Shown: positions 36,569 through 37,346 of the stretch, in pieces | How the letters are laid out: the number at the start of each line of letters is the position of its first letter | Numbering within the stretch: the stretch's first letter is position 1 | Origin: Promethearchaeota archaeon | GTDB lineage: Archaea; Asgardarchaeota; Lokiarchaeia; Sigyniarchaeales; SOKP01 | DNA length: 37,346 nt | NCBI GenBank assembly: GCA_048938445.1 | Contig: JBHLME010000033.1 | Span: 1-37,346, forward strand | Direction of reading: 5' to 3' | Notes under the pieces: model-generated | What the model saw: the letters and a program-made list of their open reading frames with translations, nothing else | Told to the model about the DNA's origin: nothing | The model's database searches: none | Made by a program: the position numbers and the translations under genes

Positions 36569-37198
36569 TTGAATGATAAATATGAATTTAACGTGAAGAA
36601 AAAGAGACCAGAGGAAATTTATAGAAATGCTTCAGAATACTTCAAGGGGCAAGTTCTCTCTCAATATGCTAAATCAAAAAGTATCATGCACATTCAAGAA
36701 AAAATTACAATTAGAGCTTTGGAACTTTTAGATCTCAAAGATAAAAGTGCTTTATTTTTAGATGCTGGTTGCGGTCCTGGATTCGCTTCAATCTATTTAA
36801 AAGAACTTGGATATGAGGTGGTTGCACTCGATTTAATTACCGAATTCCTTTCTTATTATGATATAAAGGAACTTAATCCCATACGTTCTGATATGTGCCT
36901 TCCACCATTTCGATCCAATACTTTTAATGCTATTATATCAATTTCTGCATTGCAGTGGATATATAGTGAAATTACTGATAAAGTAATGGAATCTAATTTG
37001 ATAAATATGGTAAAATCTTTCCATATCATTTTAAAACCTAATGCTAAGGCAATTTTCCAATTTTATCCTAAAAATAATATAATAATGGAAAATATTGGAA
37101 AGATTATTGCAGATAACACAGAATTTACGGGAAATTTTATTATTGATAACCTCGACAATCCAAAAAAGAGGAAAATATTTTTATTACTGCAAAAATAA
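36569..37198 (+). CDS. Class I SAM-dependent methyltransferase, Bud23/WBSCR22-like (SSU rRNA m7G)
   Basis: RPE..Y, HIQ.KIT.RALELL.L, LDAGCGPG, PFR..TF.A.ISISALQW, QFYPKN, F.G..IID....KK.K.FL.L, colinear with yeast Bud23 as I recall it. Confidence 0.85.
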   Translation: MNDKYEFNVKKKRPEEIYRNASEYFKGQVLSQYAKSKSIMHIQEKITIRALELLDLKDKSALFLDAGCGPGFASIYLKELGYEVVALDLITEFLSYYDIKELNPIRSDMCLPPFRSNTFNAIISISALQWIYSEITDKVMESNLINMVKSFHIILKPNAKAIFQFYPKNNIIMENIGKIIADNTEFTGNFIIDNLDNPKKRKIFLLLQK

Positions 37199-37346
37199 CT
37201 TAAATTTTTCAATATTAAGAAATTTGAAAAAATACATGTTAAAAAAATCTAATTAGAGTTAGCTAAAAATTTATTAATCTGAATTATGATACTAATTTTA
37301 TACTTTTAATATAATACAAAAAAAAAGGTATATATACTCAAGTAAC

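Noticed and set aside
1-37346. CRISPR arrays, IS elements, prophage or integrated elements (including at the tRNA-Ser 3' end)
   Set aside because: No regularly spaced repeats, transposase/integrase motifs or duplicated tRNA 3' end were seen

Overview
AT-rich archaeal chromosomal segment, most consistent with an Asgard archaeon of the Lokiarchaeia type. This is an inference from archaeal uS13/uS4/uS11/eS25, an intron-containing tRNA, a histone, two eukaryote-like small GTPases and a Bud23-like methyltransferase. It holds about 38 protein genes and one tRNA-Ser(CGA) with a 22-nt intron; I see no transposase, integrase, CRISPR array or rRNA. The uS13-uS4-uS11 cluster is split by a membrane metallophosphoesterase gene and is not followed by rpoD. 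Other contents: serS, a CofC-like protein, a Rab-like GTPase and a histone with a 22-aa Lys/Ala/Pro tail and a substituted tetramer interface. A Fe-S/amine-catabolic cluster contains a kinase-like DUF6206 protein, tandem duplicated Fe-S proteins, DUF362, an acyl-CoA synthetase alpha subunit and a class III aminotransferase. A co-oriented run carries two membrane left-handed beta-helix proteins, a half-degenerate double phosphoesterase, a ThiI homologue lacking its PP-loop, a ubiquitin-like sulfur carrier and an Arf/Rag-like GTPase. All family calls come from motif recognition by eye, not database searches.
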